Shown in pieces: positions 1 through 14,004 of a stretch of 64,000 bases of DNA. Numbering within the stretch: position 1 is the stretch's first letter; every line of letters starts with the position of its first letter. The position numbers were made by a program, and so were the translations under genes. The DNA comes from Leucoraja ocellata (Eukaryota). The notes under the pieces are model-generated. The model was not told the origin of the DNA, made no database searches, and saw nothing but the letters and a program-made list of their open reading frames with translations. Location: positions 1,178,001 through 1,242,000 of the forward strand of contig JAWMAR010000424.1 in assembly GCA_036785375.1 (NCBI GenBank), written 5' to 3'.

Positions 1-445
1 ACCCTGCCATTCGAAACGGTAGCAGATGAAACGGATGTGAAAGTTATCATCCACAAGATGTCGACCATCATCATAGGAGAGACGAATGAAACGTGTGAAA
101 GATTCATTTTCAATAAACGAGACCAGAAATCAGGGGAAAGCATTGAATCGTATGTTGCAGAGCTGAAGGAGCTTGCTAAAACATGCAACTTCTGAGTGCC
201 TGAGCGAAAGCCTCATTCGAGATCGCATCGTCATTGGTATTGAGGACCAATCAACTAGGAAGACATTCCTTCAGAAGAGGAATCTGACACTGCAGAAGAC
301 TGTGGACATATGTAGATCCTCGGAGGTAACAGCAGCAAGAATGCAGGTCATCGGCGAAGAGCCGACAATAAACAAGGTGGAACGATTCAAACCGAGGGAA
401 AATATGGTTGATTTTCCTTCACAGAGGAAGAATCAGGGACTAGTC

Positions 446-1250
446 AATAATAATAATAATAATAATAATCTTTATTTATATAGCACTTTTCAACAAAACC
501 AGTATTTGAACCAAAGTGCTTTACAGAGATTGATTAAATTAATTGAACAGATCAAATGTCAATAAATCCATACAAAACAAAAAAGAGAAAAAAAAAAGAA
601 AAAAAGACACAGAACACTATAGAAATCAACATGAAACGTCCCCCTACAGCAGAATTCACTGTGAGGGAAGGCACTAAAAATATCCAGTTCTCCCCCTCAT
701 AGTCCACCCGAGGTCGGGGTCTATTTGTGGCCTCCTCAGCCAACTCGATGTTCTCAGGCCCTCTGCCGCGAAGCTGGATCATCGGCGTCGGGTGAACATT
801 CTTCAGCGGCCTGGACTGAAGCGGCCGCTTCCTCCCTGAAGACTGCAATGTCCAAAGTTCTCAGGCCGCGCTGGCCGGACCTCTGACACTGGCGAACTCG
901 GACACCAGGCCCCGCGGTGCTGAAATCCAGTGCCGCCCGCCCGCGCGCGGCTGGACCCTCTGCAGCCGCAGCTCAGCGATGTTGCAGTCGGCGTTCCTAG
1001 TGCCCCGGAGCTTACCCGAAGGCGACCCGGTAAGGCATCGCCTACTCCGTGTTGGTGTTGGTGTCCCAGCATCTGCACCGCCGGCGAAGCTGTAGTCCCG
1101 GCAGGAAATCGTCGCTCCAGCGCTGCTCCAGCTCGATGGTAGGCCGCACAGAGAGGACGAACAAGCGGTTCGGAAGAAAACCGCATCTCCGACCAGGTAG
1201 GACTGGGATTAAAACAGTTTCCCCCTTCCCCCCCCCCGCCACCACATAAA
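446..1250 (-). mobile_element. GC-rich non-coding retroposon with L2-type 3' tail and (ATT)n, inserted in Gypsy gag
   Basis: The - strand ends tgtaaagcactttg...aaagtgctatataaataaagattattatt. It shares a G-tract and a gccttcc..acagtga..gctgt domain with 48198-49150. Confidence 0.6.
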
Positions 1251-3679
1251 AGTGTAAGTTTTGTACTAGTCTCTACGACCTTGTACCGCACAAGGTCGTA
1301 GAGACATCTGACACAACGTCCATTTCCGGCACAGAGTCTGGGAGTTGCATTGAGATCAATGCAGCTGGAAACAATTCCTCTTCAGGCCTATTTGCTGAGA
1401 CGCAGGTTGGCACAGAAGCCATCATGTTTCAGATTGACATGGTGCTAGTGTTAATGTGATTTCCAAGGATCTTATACCCAACAATGAGGACATTAATCGA
1501 AAGAAAATCATCTTAAAGATGTACAACGGATCCAACCTGCTGGCAGAAGGTAGGATGAAAGTCGTACTACAAGCCGTAGAACAAGAAGTACCGTGTTCAC
1601 CTCATAGTGGTAGAGGAAGGCTGGCTCACATCGCTCCAGAGCGGCAAAGCTGCACAACTGATGAAACTCATCACAGTTCACTACGAGAACTTCAAGAGCC
1701 TGAATGCTGTTAGCGAGGCTGGCTCATTACTCAAGCTACAAAGATATCTTTGATGAGGAAAGACCTGGGAGACTGCCTGGCAAGGTCAAGTTGGTAACTA
1801 GGTTGGAGGATGTGACCCCATCACAGTGTCCTGCAAAGCCGGTACCTGTAGCCATGAAAGAGAAGGTCATGAATGGTCTCATGAAGCTGGTCGAGCAGGA
1901 CATCTTGACTAAAGTCGAAGAACCAACTGAGTGGTGTAGCAGGCTGGTCGTCACGGAGTAAAAGAACAGAACAGAGTTGAGGTTCTGCATAGATCCTAGA
2001 CCCCTCAACAAAGTCCTGAAAAGGGAGATCCACAGACTACTTATCATAGAGGATGTACTCCCTGAGCTGTCCAAGGCAAAGATTTTCTCCAGATTCGATC
2101 TGAAGTCAGGATACCTCCACTGCGAACTAGATGAGGAGAGCAATTTCCTAACAATCATGAACACTCCTTTTGTGAGATATCACTGGAAGAGGTGGCCATT
2201 TGGACAGAAAGTAAGTGCAGAGATCTTCCAGAAGAAGCTGCAACAAGCACTAGAAGGATTAAAGGGAGTGGAATGTGTTGCAGATGCCATCATCCTATTC
2301 GGAGTAGGGGACACCAGAGAAGATGCAGAAATGAATCACGATGCAAGACTGCAAGATCTTCTTCTGCGATACAGAGACAGAGCGATCAAGCTGAACCGGA
2401 AGAAGTCGGCAATGAAAACTACATGTATCACATTTAGGACATATAGTTACAGATCGTGGCCTGGAAGCGGATCCGAAGAAGATCCAAGCTATCCTAGAGA
2501 TGCCCAACCCAACCAATCCAACAGAAATCCAAGTTACAAGGCAGTGTAAACTACTTGGCAAGATTCCTGCCAATGTTGTCGGACACATTCAAGCCTTTGA
2601 CGAGATTGACCCACAAGGAAACAGAGTGGGTATTGTCATCAGAACATGACATGGCAATGTCAAAGATCAAGGATCTGTTGACAACGGCACCTATCCTGGT
2701 GTACTACACACCAGACGAACAGCTGGCCATACAATGTGATGCAACGCAGGTCTAGGTGCAACACTCATGCAGAAAGGACAACCACTGTCCTATGTGAGTC
2801 GAGCATTGACGCCAACCGAGCAGAGATATGTTCAGATTAAGAAGGAGGCACTAGCAATAGTGTTTGCCCTCCAGCGCTTCCATCAGTAAAACCTACGGAC
2901 AGAGAGTGATCATTCAGAGTGACCACAAGCCGTTGGAAGTCATTGTCAAAAAGCCTCTGCATAGAGGATCAAGACGTCTCCATGGCATGATGATGAGGAT
3001 GCTACACAATGACATCAAGATCAAATGGGTAAAGGGAAACAACATGCATCTAGCAGATATGTTCTCCCGAGCATACCTCCCTGACACCACAGGATCAACC
3101 AGATTCACTGATGTCAACGTAGTTGAGTCCTTGAGCATGGGAGAGGACAAGGTCAAACGCATCCAAGCCCATATCAGGGAAGATGAAACACTACAAACAG
3201 TTAAGAGAGTAATCCAAAATGTATGGCCAGATCACAAGGCAGAAGTCCCAGAGGCAGCACCACCATACTTCAACGTCAGAGACGAGTTGAGTGTGCAAGA
3301 TGGCCTATTATTCACAGGAGAGAGAGTTGTAATCCCTGTCACTCTACGCAATGATATGAAGAAGACACTCCACATCTCTCACTCTACGCAAAGATATGAA
3401 GAAGACACTCCACATCTCTCACCTGGGAGTGGAAGGAACCCCCATACGTGCTAGAGAATGCATTTTCTGGCCCGGAATGAACTCTGATGTGAAGCAGTTC
3501 ATTTCAAACTGTGAAGCCTGCAGGACGCACGAACAGCAGAATCAGAAAGAAACTCTGATGCCCCATGACCTCCCAGATCAACCATGCGAGAAAGTGGGAC
3601 TTGAGGGAGTGAACAGTAGTCTGGAACAAAGATTACATGGAAGGAGAACAAGAAAGACACTTCCAACTACATCTAACCT

Positions 3680-4160
3680 CTTTTTTTGGCTTTTATAATC
3701 TTTTTATTTGTTTTTTTCAAAAACAAAAACAAAACAAAAAAATAAAATTAAAATAATGATAAACATAACAATGATATTGATACATAGGGATCAGGATTAC
3801 ATAAATAACAAATAGAACCTAAATATGAGTCCAGTGTCTAAACATTGAGTATAGAACTCCCGGTCTCTATGTAAATATAGTTAAGTGTTTAAAAGAGAAC
3901 TTGTATATATAAAAACAAAAAGATAGAAAGAAAAAAGAGAAAAAAGAGAAAAACAAAACCCCCTAAACTAGAAAAAAAAGCAAAACAGAATCTGGGCTGC
4001 AAAGAATTTGTTGTCAAGTCCGTCCCTGTTTGTCATCAAGTCCGTTTCACTTATGAAGGTAAAATAATTATAATAACAGTTGGAGAGGGGACAATTTATA
4101 TTGTGTGAAAATGTTGCATAAAGCTTCCCCAAGTCCTAGCAAATTCAACCGAGGGTTCAA
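3680..4160 (-). mobile_element. L1/Tx1-like LINE 3' fragment inserted in the Gypsy element
   Basis: AT-rich 3' UTR with an A-rich end on the - strand; aacctc is repeated on both sides (target-site duplication). Confidence 0.55.
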
Positions 4161-5386
4161 AACCTCCTCAAACCGCGTGGTGCTGAGATACTCACAGAAG
4201 AGAGGAAAAAGATGAAGGATTTGCAAGGAAAACTGTCAAAAATCTACAACCAATATGCCAAGGATCTGCCAATCCTGGAAGAAGGTGATGTCGTAAGACT
4301 CAAACCCTATAAACTAGAAGATACCAGATGGCAGAGAGCAACAGTTCAGAGACGACTGGATGAGAGATCATACGAAGTCGAGACAGTCAGGACTTCTAAT
4401 CCGACGAGTGGATCTGAAGAAGACCGGAGAACTACCCCCACACATAACTCCTGAGAAACCACCAGACGCGGAGAAGACTGAGAAACCTTTGCAACCTCAG
4501 CTGACACAAAAAATACCAACACAACAAGCATCACCAGAAAAAGATGCAACTCGTGAAACTCATAACACAGAGAAATCTAAACAAAAACAAAGTGACACAA
4601 GAGAAGAAACTAGAAGTGATGCACAGAATGTACACACTGAAAAGAAGACACTTTTGAAAGAAACACCATCACAAAGACTAGGGCAGGAAGAGCTGTCGGA
4701 CAGCCGGAGAGGTCCAGCGAGTATGTCACAAAGTAATGTGTTTCGTTGCGATGTACCTACATGCTTATGAGAAGATAGCATGTGAACATTATTTTACGTT
4801 ATTGAAATGTCACAAGTGTGACTATGATTGAAATTGTGAGATAAGACAGAACAGTTGTTTTATTTTGTTGTTAAACCATATTACTACGGTGTAATATTAT
4901 GAAAAGTGTTTAAGTTTACTTTGTTTTGGATCGTTGGAAATGTAATCCCAAAACGTCAAAAAGGAAAGGATGTGACAATATCCATGTAACTTATGCGTAT
5001 GAGCTGTACTCATTCTCGCACATGCTTAGTAAATCAGTCAAGACCTTTGACTTGGAAATAAATCATTCCTGTTTTGATCCCAATACGAGTGTGTGTGCAG
5101 CCATCTTTCTCTGTATATTATGTGCTAGTTTACTTATTTTGTAAGCAAACATATATCAAAACAGATATGGACCAAATATGGGCAACTGGGACTAGTGTAG
5201 CTGGGACATGTTGGTCGATGTGGGCAAGTTGGGCCGAAGGGTCTGTTTCCAAGTTGTATCACTCTATGACTCTATGACTCTAAGTGCACTTGCTGAATTG
5301 TTTCATATTATATTCCCTGGGTTGACAGAGAGACATTTTGTCCAGTGTGAATAGCCCAGAAATGTTCATTCTGAAGTCTATTACAC

Positions 5387-5856
5387 ATTGCCTGGGTTTC
5401 AACAACTAAGTTACAGATATAGGTTGAATAAGTTAGGTCTTTATTCTCTGGAGCGCAGAAGGTTAAGGGGGTACCTGATAGAGGTCTTTAAAATGATGAG
5501 AGGGATAGACAGAGTTGATGTGGACAAGCTTTTCCCTTTGAGAATAGGGAAGATTCAAACAAGAGGACATGACTTCAGAATTAAGGGACAGAAGTTTAGG
5601 GGTAATATGAGGGGGAACTTCTTTACGCAGAGAGTGGTGGTGGTGTGGAATGAGCTCCCAGTGGAAGTGGTGGAGGCAGGTTCATTGGTATCATTTAAAA
5701 ATAAATTGGATAGGCATATGGATGAGAAGGGAATGGAGGGTTATGGTACGAGTGCAGGCAGGTGGGACTAAGGGGAAAAAAATTTGTTCGGCATGGACTT
5801 GTAGGGCCGAGATGGCCTGTTTCCGTGCTGTAATTGTTATATGGTTATATGGTTAT
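5387..5856 (+). mobile_element. CR1 LINE 3' fragment
   Basis: ORF2 C-terminus LGLYSLERRRLRG..TRGH..FFTQRVV..WNELP; (TATATGGT)n tail. Confidence 0.9.
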
Positions 5857-5975
5857 ATTATTCAGCTTACAGCAGGGACGGGATCAGTGGAATTTTGATG
5901 TCTAGATTGATATATTTAACTAAATAACAATTGTACGTAACTTTTGCAGCAGCAAATTGCAGATCTTCAGTCAGG

Positions 5976-6202
5976 TTAAGGCTTTGACTTTGACTCTGAC
6001 ATCGGGGGGGAGAGAGTGCAGTGGAGAGATAAGTTTATTTGGCCTTCCATCACAGCTATGTGATGGATGTTTATGTAAAATGTAATTATGTTGTGTCTGG
6101 GGTCTATTTGTGTGTAATGTATGGCTGCAGAAACGGCATTTCATTTGGACCTCCAGGGGTCCAAATGACAATTAAATATACTCTTGACTCTTGACTCTTG
6201 AC
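5976..6202 (+). mobile_element. 3' fragment of the GC-rich retroposon family seen at 23831 and 49198
   Basis: Matches 24490-24700; (CTCTTGA)n tail. Confidence 0.8.
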
Positions 6203-6346
6203 TTCTCTATTGAGCTCTTAAATTATTGGTGGGAAACTACAAAAGTTCGAGTCCTGTGATCCAGCTTCTCAGAATGTGTTGGGATACATTTTCTCAGGCA
6301 GTGTGGCATCATTACATTTGAGACTCCTTCTTGTGTTTTAATACAG

Positions 6347-6436
6347 CGCCGGTTACAGATGTCACCACAGGAAGTCCCGATGAGGATGAAAATCAAGCAA
6401 GGAATCTGGAAAATCCAAGTGCAGTAAAACAGGAAG
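6347..6436 (+). CDS. 90-nt cytoplasmic repeat exon A of probable upstream B7-H6-like paralogue
   Basis: Acceptor ttgtgttttaatacag|, donor G|GTAATG, phase 1-1, open: APVTDVTTGSPDEDENQARNLENPSAVKQE. Confidence 0.72.
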
Positions 6437-6528
6437 GTAATGCTTTTGCTGAAACATAGAACATAGAACAGTACAGCACAGGAACAGGCCCTTCAGCCCA
6501 CGGTCTGTGCTGAACGTGATGCCAAGAC

Positions 6529-6940
6529 CATAGAAACATAGAAATTAGGTGCAGGAGTAGGCCATTCGGCCCTTCGAGCCTGCACCGCCATTCAATATGA
6601 TCATGGCTGATCATCCAACTCAGTATCCCGTACCTGCCTTCTCTCCATACCCCCTGATCCCCTTAGCCACAAGGGCCACATCTAACTCCCTCTTAAATAT
6701 AGCCAATGAACTGGCCTCAACTACCCTCTGTGGCAGAGAGTTCCAGAGATTCACCACTCTCTGTGTGAAAAAAGTTATTCTCATCTCGGTTTTAAAGGAT
6801 TTCCCCCTTATCCTTAAGCTGTGACCCCTTGTCCTGGACTTCCCTAACATCGGGAACAATCTTCCTGCATCTAGCCTGTCCAACCCCTTAAGAATTTTGT
6901 AAGTTTCTATAAGATCCCCTCTCAATCTCCTAAATTCTAG
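6529..6940 (-). mobile_element. CR1 LINE 3' fragment
   Basis: SLEFRRLRGDLIETYKIL...GYGEKAGTGY* with (TTTCTATG) tail. Confidence 0.9.
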
Positions 6941-7961
6941 AGAGTGCATCTGGATATCTCCTTTAAACATTGCCCCTCTCAACAAAGCTGTGCCCTCTAG
7001 TATTTGTATCTCACATCCTGAGAAAAAGGTTCTGACTGTCTACCCTATCTATGGCTCTTTGAATTTTATAAACTATCAGGTAAATTCACAAAGATGGCAC
7101 ATTATCTGTGTGCAACTCCACATATTCATGTTCAGTTGTTACTGTTTGTGTGCTCTGCCCGTTAAAATCTTTATTCCACCTGCAAGATTTTCAATCTTAT
7201 TTTCTTCCTGTAAGTATAGAACTATATTCTGCACTTCATCTTCCCCTTTGACTTGATTATATTTATGGCTGGTACACCTGATCTGGTTGGATTGCTGCAA
7301 AACAAAGCTTTTCACTGAACCTCAGTACATGTGACAATAATAAACCTGAAGCTAAACCACGTGATTTTACTAGAATAAGATCTTCTGCCATGAGACACAA
7401 GCGCACTTGCTGAATTGTTTCAATCTCTATTCCCTGGGTTGACAGAGAGACATTTTGTCCAATGTGAATATCCCAGAATTGTTCATTCTGAAGTCTAGTA
7501 GACATTTGTCTTGTAGCAGGGACGGGATAGTCATAGAGTGATACAGCGTGGAAACAGGTACTTCGGCCCAACTTGCCCACACTGGCCAACATGCCCCAGC
7601 TACACTAGTCCCAACTGCCTGTGCTTGGTCCCTATCCCTCCAAACTTGTCCTATCCATGTGTTTAAGAGGGACAGTTAGTCTGAAGAAGGGTTTCGGCCC
7701 GAAACGTTGCCTATTTCCTTCGCTCCATAGATGCTGCTGCACCCGCTGAGTTTCTCCAGCTTTTCTGTGTAACCTTGTCCTATCCATGTACCTGTCTGAC
7801 AGTTTCTCAAACGTTGGGATAGTTGCAGCCTCAGGCAGCTTGTTCCATACACCCACCATTTAGGCCACATTTAGAGTATTGTGTTCAGTTCTTGGCACCA
7901 TGTTATAGGAAAGATGTTGTCTAGCTGGGAAGGGAACATAGAAGATTTACGAGGATGTTGC

Positions 7962-10296
7962 CAGGAGTACAGAAGGAAACAGGCCATACGGGCTGAAAAG
8001 ATGAAGTACGAAGGGAAGCTGGCCAGGAATATAAAGAAGGACAGTAAAAGCTTATTTTGATATGTTAAGGGAAAAAGAGTAACAAAGTGAATTTTGGGTC
8101 CTTTGGCGGCAGACACGGGTGAAATTATTATGGGCAACAAGGAAATGGCAGAAGAGTTGAATATGTACTTTGGATCTGTCTTCACTAAGGAAGACACAAA
8201 CAATCTCCCAGATGTACTGGAGGACAGATAATTTTAGGGGGTAGAGGACCTGAAAGAAATTTTCATTGGGCGAGCAATAGGCTAATGGGACTGAAGGATG
8301 ATAAATCCCCTGGGCCTGATGGTCTGCATCCCAGGGTCCTCAGGGAGGTGGCTCTATAAATAGTGGACGCATTGGTGATTATTTTTCAATGTTCAATCGA
8401 TTCAGGATCAGTTATAACCATATAACCATATAACAATTACAGCACGGAAACAGGCCATCTCGACCCTTCTAGTCCGTGCCGAACACGTATTTTCCCCTAG
8501 TCCCATACACCTGCGTTCAGACCATAACCCTCCATACCTTTCCCGTCCATATAACTATTATTTTTAAATGATAAAAACGAACCTGCCTCCACCACCTTCA
8601 CTGGAAGCTCATTCCACACAGCCACCACTCTCTGAGTAAAGAAGTTCCCCCTCAGGTTACCCCTAAACTTCTGTCCCTTAATTCTCAAGTCATGTCCCCT
8701 TGTTTGAATCTTCCCTACTCTCAGTGGGAAAAGCTTATCCACGTCAACTCTGTCTATCCCTCTCATCATTTTAAAGACATCTATCAAGTCTTTAACCTTC
8801 TGCGCTCCAAAGAATAAAGCCCTAACTTGTTCAACCTTTCTCTGTAACTTAGTTGCTGAAACCCAGGCAATATTCTAGTAAATCTCCTCTGTACTCTCTC
8901 TATTTTGTTGACATAACGTGGATTGGAGGATAGCTAACGTTATCCCACTTTTCAAGAAAGGAGCGAGAGAGAAAATGGGGAATTACAGACCAGTTAGCCT
9001 GAATTCAGTGGTGGGAAAGATGTTGGAGTCAATTATTAAAAATAGGTAATAATGGGGCATTTGGATGGCAGTAAAAGGATTAGTCCAAGTCAACATGGAT
9101 ATATGAAAGTGAAATCATGCTTGACTAATCTTCTGGAATTTTTTGACGATGTGACAAGTAAAATGGATGAAGGGGTGCCAGTGGATGTAGTGTATCTAGA
9201 CTTTCCAAAAGCCTTTGATAAGGTCCCGCACGGGAGACTGGTGACTAAAATTAGAGCACATGGTATTGGGGGTAGGGTGTTGACATGGATAGAAAATTGG
9301 TTGGCAGACAGGAAGCAAAGAGTAGGAGTGAACGGGTCCTTTTCAGAATGGCAGGCAGTGGTGAGTGGCGTGCCGCAAGGCTCGGTGTTGGGGCCGCAAC
9401 TATTTACCATATATATTAATGATTTGGAAGAGGGAATTAGGAGCAACACTAGCAGGTTTGCGGATGACACAAAGCTGCGTGGCAGTGTGAACTGTGAAGA
9501 GGATGTTAGGAGGTTGCAGGGTGACCTGGATCTCAATGGGGTTAGGTTAGGTAAGGGGAGGTGCAGCGAGACCTAGGCGTCCTTGTACACCAGTCACTGA
9601 AAGTTGGCGTGCTGGTACACCAGGCAGTGAAGAAAGCTAATGGAACGTTGGCCTTCATAACAAGAGGATTTCAGTATACGAGTAAAGAGGTTCTTCTGCA
9701 GTTATATTGGGCTCTGGTGAGACAACATCTGGAGTATTGTGTCCAGTTTTGTTCTCTGAATCTGATGAAGGACATCCTTGTAATTGAGGCAGTGCAGCAT
9801 AGGTTCACGAGATTGATCCCTGGGATGGCGGGACTGTCTTATGAGGAAAGATTGAAAAGACTAGACTTGTATTCACAAGAGTTTAGAATGATGAATGGTT
9901 ATCTTATAGAAACATATAAAGTTATAAAGGGACTGGACAAACTAGATGCAGGAAAAATGTTCCCAATGTTGGGTGGGTCCAGAACCAGGGGCCAGTCTCA
10001 GAATAAAGGGGGAGCCATTTAAGACTGAGGTGAGAAAAAGCATTTTCACCCAGGGAGTTGTGAATTTGTGGAATTCCCTGCCACAGAGGGCAGTGGAGGC
10101 CAAGTCATTGGATGGATTTAAGAGAGAGTTAGATAGATCTCTCGGGGCTAGTGGAATCAAGGGATATGGGGAGAAGGCAGGCACGGGTTATTGATTGGGG
10201 ACGATCAGACATGATCACAATGAATGGCGGTGCTGGCTCGAAGGTCCGATTCGCCCCCTACTGCACCTATTTTGTATGGTTCTATGTCTATGTTTC
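7962..10296 (+). mobile_element. Degenerate CR1 LINE ORF2, interrupted by an inverted CR1 3' fragment (~8414-8913)
   Basis: RT motifs [25 protein letters not shown] and FADDTKL, with frameshifts. Confidence 0.9.
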
Positions 10297-10656
10297 TAGT
10301 AGAGGGTCAGAGCTATAGGCAGAGGTTGAGTAGTCTGTGACTCTACGTACATAGGTTTAAGGTGAAGGGGAATAGATTGAGTAGGAATCTGTGGCATAAC
10401 TTTTCTGCAGGAGTGAGATACAGATCCTTTGGCAGATGAAGACTTCACTGTGGGGAAGAATAATAAAGTTCCTTGAGGTGTCTAAAGAAGAGTTTCGACC
10501 CGAAACGTTGCCTATCTCCATCGCTCCATAAATGCTGCCCCACCCGTTGAGTTTCTCCAGCATTTGTGTCTACATTTTGTCCAGCATCTCCTATACCTTG
10601 TCTCAGGCTGTGTTGCCATTATCACATCTGAGAGACTTTCTTTTGTTTAAATGCAG

Positions 10657-10746
10657 TGCCCAAGTCAGATGCTGCCACACGGAGTTGTGATGAAGGTGAA
10701 CAAGAGACAGCGAGGGAGGATACCCAAAATGCAGGAGCAAGTGAAG
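10657..10746 (+). CDS. 90-nt cytoplasmic repeat exon B of upstream paralogue
   Basis: Acceptor ttttgtttaaatgcag|, donor G|GTACGG, phase 1-1, open: VPKSDAATRSCDEGEQETAREDTQNAGASE. The upstream intron resembles that of exon A. Confidence 0.68.
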
Positions 10747-10862
10747 GTACGGCATTTCTCAAAACATCCAGAGTATTGTTGACCTTTCAGTGGCATTTGA
10801 TGCCCAACCACTGTCTGCAGACTGTACATGATTATATTTAGTTAATCCCTGCAAATATTATA

Positions 10863-13800
10863 TATTAGCGAGTCAAGACGGTAGTTGTTTTCCCAAACGA
10901 GCTTTATTGTCAAAGCAGTGAAAACAACGGAGATCATACGACAGCTAACACAAAACGATCTTACCACAACGGTGGGCGAAGTAATGAATGGGGCTAGCCC
11001 AGAAAACGTGCAAAAACAAAACGCCTCCCCAGTCACGTGACCGAGGTAGCCGACCACAGGGTTCGCACAGAGAGTGGTGAGTCCGTGTAATTCTCTGCCT
11101 CAGAGGGCGGTGGAGGCAGGTTCTCTGGATGCTTTCAAGAGAGAGCTGGAGAGGGCTCTTAAAGAATCAGGGAATATGGGGAAAAGGCAGGAATGGGGTA
11201 CTGATTGGGGATGATCAGCCATGATCACATTGAATGGAGGTGCTGGCTCGAAGGGTCGAATGGCGAACTCCTGCACCTATTGTCTATTGTCTATTGTCTA
11301 CCCACAGGCACCAGCAGGTGCCACTACATGATCCCCCCCCAGAACCCGAGGTACGGAACCGAGCCGTACGGATCCGTATGGAACAGCCAGACGTGTGGTC
11401 CGCGTAGACGGGGCGGGCGTTACATTGGGGGCCGGCAAAACAAGGCCGAGGGCAGGCAAAGGAGCAGAAAAAACGGGGTTGGGGATGACCTCTACGTGGC
11501 GGCGCAGCCATGACCAACGGGCTGTCCACATCCACATGGGCGAGTTTGAGACGGCCGATGGAGACAAACTCCTCCCGGCCTCCCATGTCCATCGTGAACG
11601 TGGCGACTCCAGCTCGCAGCAGCTAGAACGGCCCATCATAGACCCATTGTAATGGTGAGTGGTGAGGGTCCCTGCGGATGAAAACATGGGCACACTGTTG
11701 TAACACCGCGGGCACATGCACCGTGGACGAACCGTGCCTGAATGTGGGAATGGGTTAACGTGGTCAGCTGCTCGGTAAGGCCGGCCAGCAGCACCGGGGC
11801 TGATGTGACATGACCGCGGGCGGCAGGCAGAAAATCCCAGGGCACCCGCAGGGCCGAGCCGTACACGAGCTCTGCCGAGGAAGCAGCCAAATCCTCCTTA
11901 GGTGCGGTGCGTATACCAAGGAGGACCCAGGGCAGTTGATCCACCCAGTCTGGGCCCATAAGCCGAGCTTTCAACGTAGACTTAACCGATGGAACCTTTC
12001 GACCAGCCCATTGGCCTGCGGGTGGTAAGCGGTCGCATGGTGTAACCGGGCACCGTAGAGCTGGGCTAGGGCAGACCAGAAGGAAGAGGTGAACTGGGCC
12101 CCCCTGTCAGTGGAAATGTCGGAGGGCACCAAACCTGGTGACCCAGTGGGCCGCCATAGCCCGAGCGCAAGCCGCGGCGGAGGTATCAGAAAGCGGGATC
12201 GCCTCTGGCCACCGCGTGAAATGGTCCACGATGGTGAGTAGGTGCGTGGCACCGCAGGACTGATGCAAGGGACCTACAAGGTCGACATGCACGTGCAGGA
12301 ACCTACACTCAGGGAGCGCAAACTCCTGCACGGGGGGCCGCTTGTGTCGCTGGACCTTGGAGGTCTGACAAGATACACAGGCACGGGCCCAGGCAGCCAG
12401 CTGTTTACAGAGCCCATGCCAGACGAACTTGGCCGCTACCAGCGCGGACGTCGCCCGAATGGATGGGTGAGCCAGGCCATGAACGGCGTCGAAGACCCGC
12501 CGTCTCCAACTGATGGGGACGATAGGGCGGGCGCGACCGGTGGAGACATCACACACGACCATGATGCGTACAGCTCCGCAAGGCACTTCGGCCAGCTGAA
12601 GGTCCGAAACCGCGGTGCAGGAGACTTCCATACCTGCGTCCGCCCGCTGCGCTGTTGCCAGCTCGCTGTAGTCAACACCGTGGTCGAGGGCCGGAATGGA
12701 GGGGATGGCGGGGTGGGACAAGGCGTCGGCAATTATGTTAAGTTTCCCCGCGATGTGGCGGACATCGGTCGTAAATTCTGAAATGTAGGCCAGGTGCCGC
12801 TGCTGGCGGGCGGACCACAGATCAGCGATCTTACCCAGGGCGAAAGTAAGGAACTTGTGGTCCGTGAACACGGTGAACGCCCGGCCCTCGAGGAAATACC
12901 TGAAATGCCTGACGGTCAGGTACAGCGGCAGAAGCTCACGGTCGAAAGCTGTAGTTGCATTCTGGAGCCCGCAGCTGACGACTGAAAAAGGCCAACTGCT
13001 GCCAGCGGCCGTCGATGAGTTGCTCCAGAACGCCCCTAGTGCAGCATCCGAGGCGTCTACGGTGAGCACGGTGGGGGCGGAAGCGCGCGGATTGACCAAC
13101 ATGGTAGCGTTGCCCAGGGCTGCCTTGGCACCATTGATGGCCGCGTCCGCCTCCTCGGACCACACGAGGTCCCGCGGTTTACCCGCCTGGCACCGGAACA
13201 GGGGCCGCATGATGTCAGCAGCTGCCGCATGAAATGGTGATAAAAATTCACCATGCTGACAAACTCCTTTAGTCCCCTCACGGTGAGCGGCCTGGGGAAC
13301 TGACGAATGGCCTCGACCTTCGCGGGGAACGGTGCAGCACCTTGTTGGGTAACGCTGTGCCCCAGGAAGGAAATGGAGCGGAGGCCAAACTGGCATTTCG
13401 CTGGGTTAATAGAAAATAGACAATAGACAATTGGTGCAGGTGTAGGCCATTCGGCCCTTCGAGCCAGCACCGCCATTCAATGTGATCATGGCTGATCATT
13501 CCCAATCAGTACCCCATTCCTGCCTTCTTCCCATAGCCCCGCTATTTTTAAGAGACCTGTCTAGCTCTCTCTTGAAAGCATCCAGAGAATCCGCCTCCAC
13601 TGCCCTCTGATGCAGAGAATTCCACAGACTCTCCATTCTCTGTGAGAAAAAGTGTTTCCTCGTCTCCATTCTAAATGGCTTACTTCTTATTCTATTCTTA
13701 AACTGTGGCCCTGGTTCTGGACTCCCCTTAATGACGAGGCCGTGTTCACGGAGGCACTGAAACAAAGACCGGGGTTGGGTGACGTCCTCCGCTTGCGAGG

Positions 13801-13914
13801 CGCTGGCGACCAGAATGTCGTCCAAATAAATGAACACAAGTTCAGGTCATACGATATGACATGACCGCGGGCGGCAGGCAGAAAATCCCCAGGCACCCGT
13901 AGGGCCGAGCCGTA
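10863..13914 (-). mobile_element. 5'-truncated Gypsy retrotransposon (RT end, RNase H, integrase, 3' LTR ~10863-11328) with two CR1-tail insertions (~11064-11300, ~13410-13727)
   Basis: YLDDILVAS, TVDASD, FTDHK, HVHVDLVGPL, STDRGAQF and HPQANGLVERFHR motifs. LTR ends in ccactaca next to a C-run (PPT on - strand). Confidence 0.9.
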
Positions 13915-14004
13915 TCGGGTCAATGCTCAAATATGTGGAATTTTCTGTTTGGAACTCCACGTATTCAAGTTCAGTTATTGTCACCTTGTTGTGTTTTAAT
14001 ACAG

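Larger units (their letters stand above)
1..5163 (+). mobile_element. Degenerate Ty3/Gypsy LTR retrotransposon (gag-pol, 3' LTR 4971-5163); 5' end outside window
   Basis: Gag (LIRDRIVIG), RT (RFCIDPRPLN, CVADAIILF), RNase H (QCDA, SDHKPLE) and integrase zinc finger (HLG..FWPGM..CEAC). Many frameshifts; integrase core deleted near 3600. PPT aaaaggaaagga precedes TG...CA LTR. Confidence 0.9.

Noticed and set aside
5329-7500. Duplicated gttgacag|agagacattttg segments (~5329 and ~7446) as extra exons
   Set aside because: The phase-1 frame hits a stop in both and no donor is evident; treated as duplicated intron.
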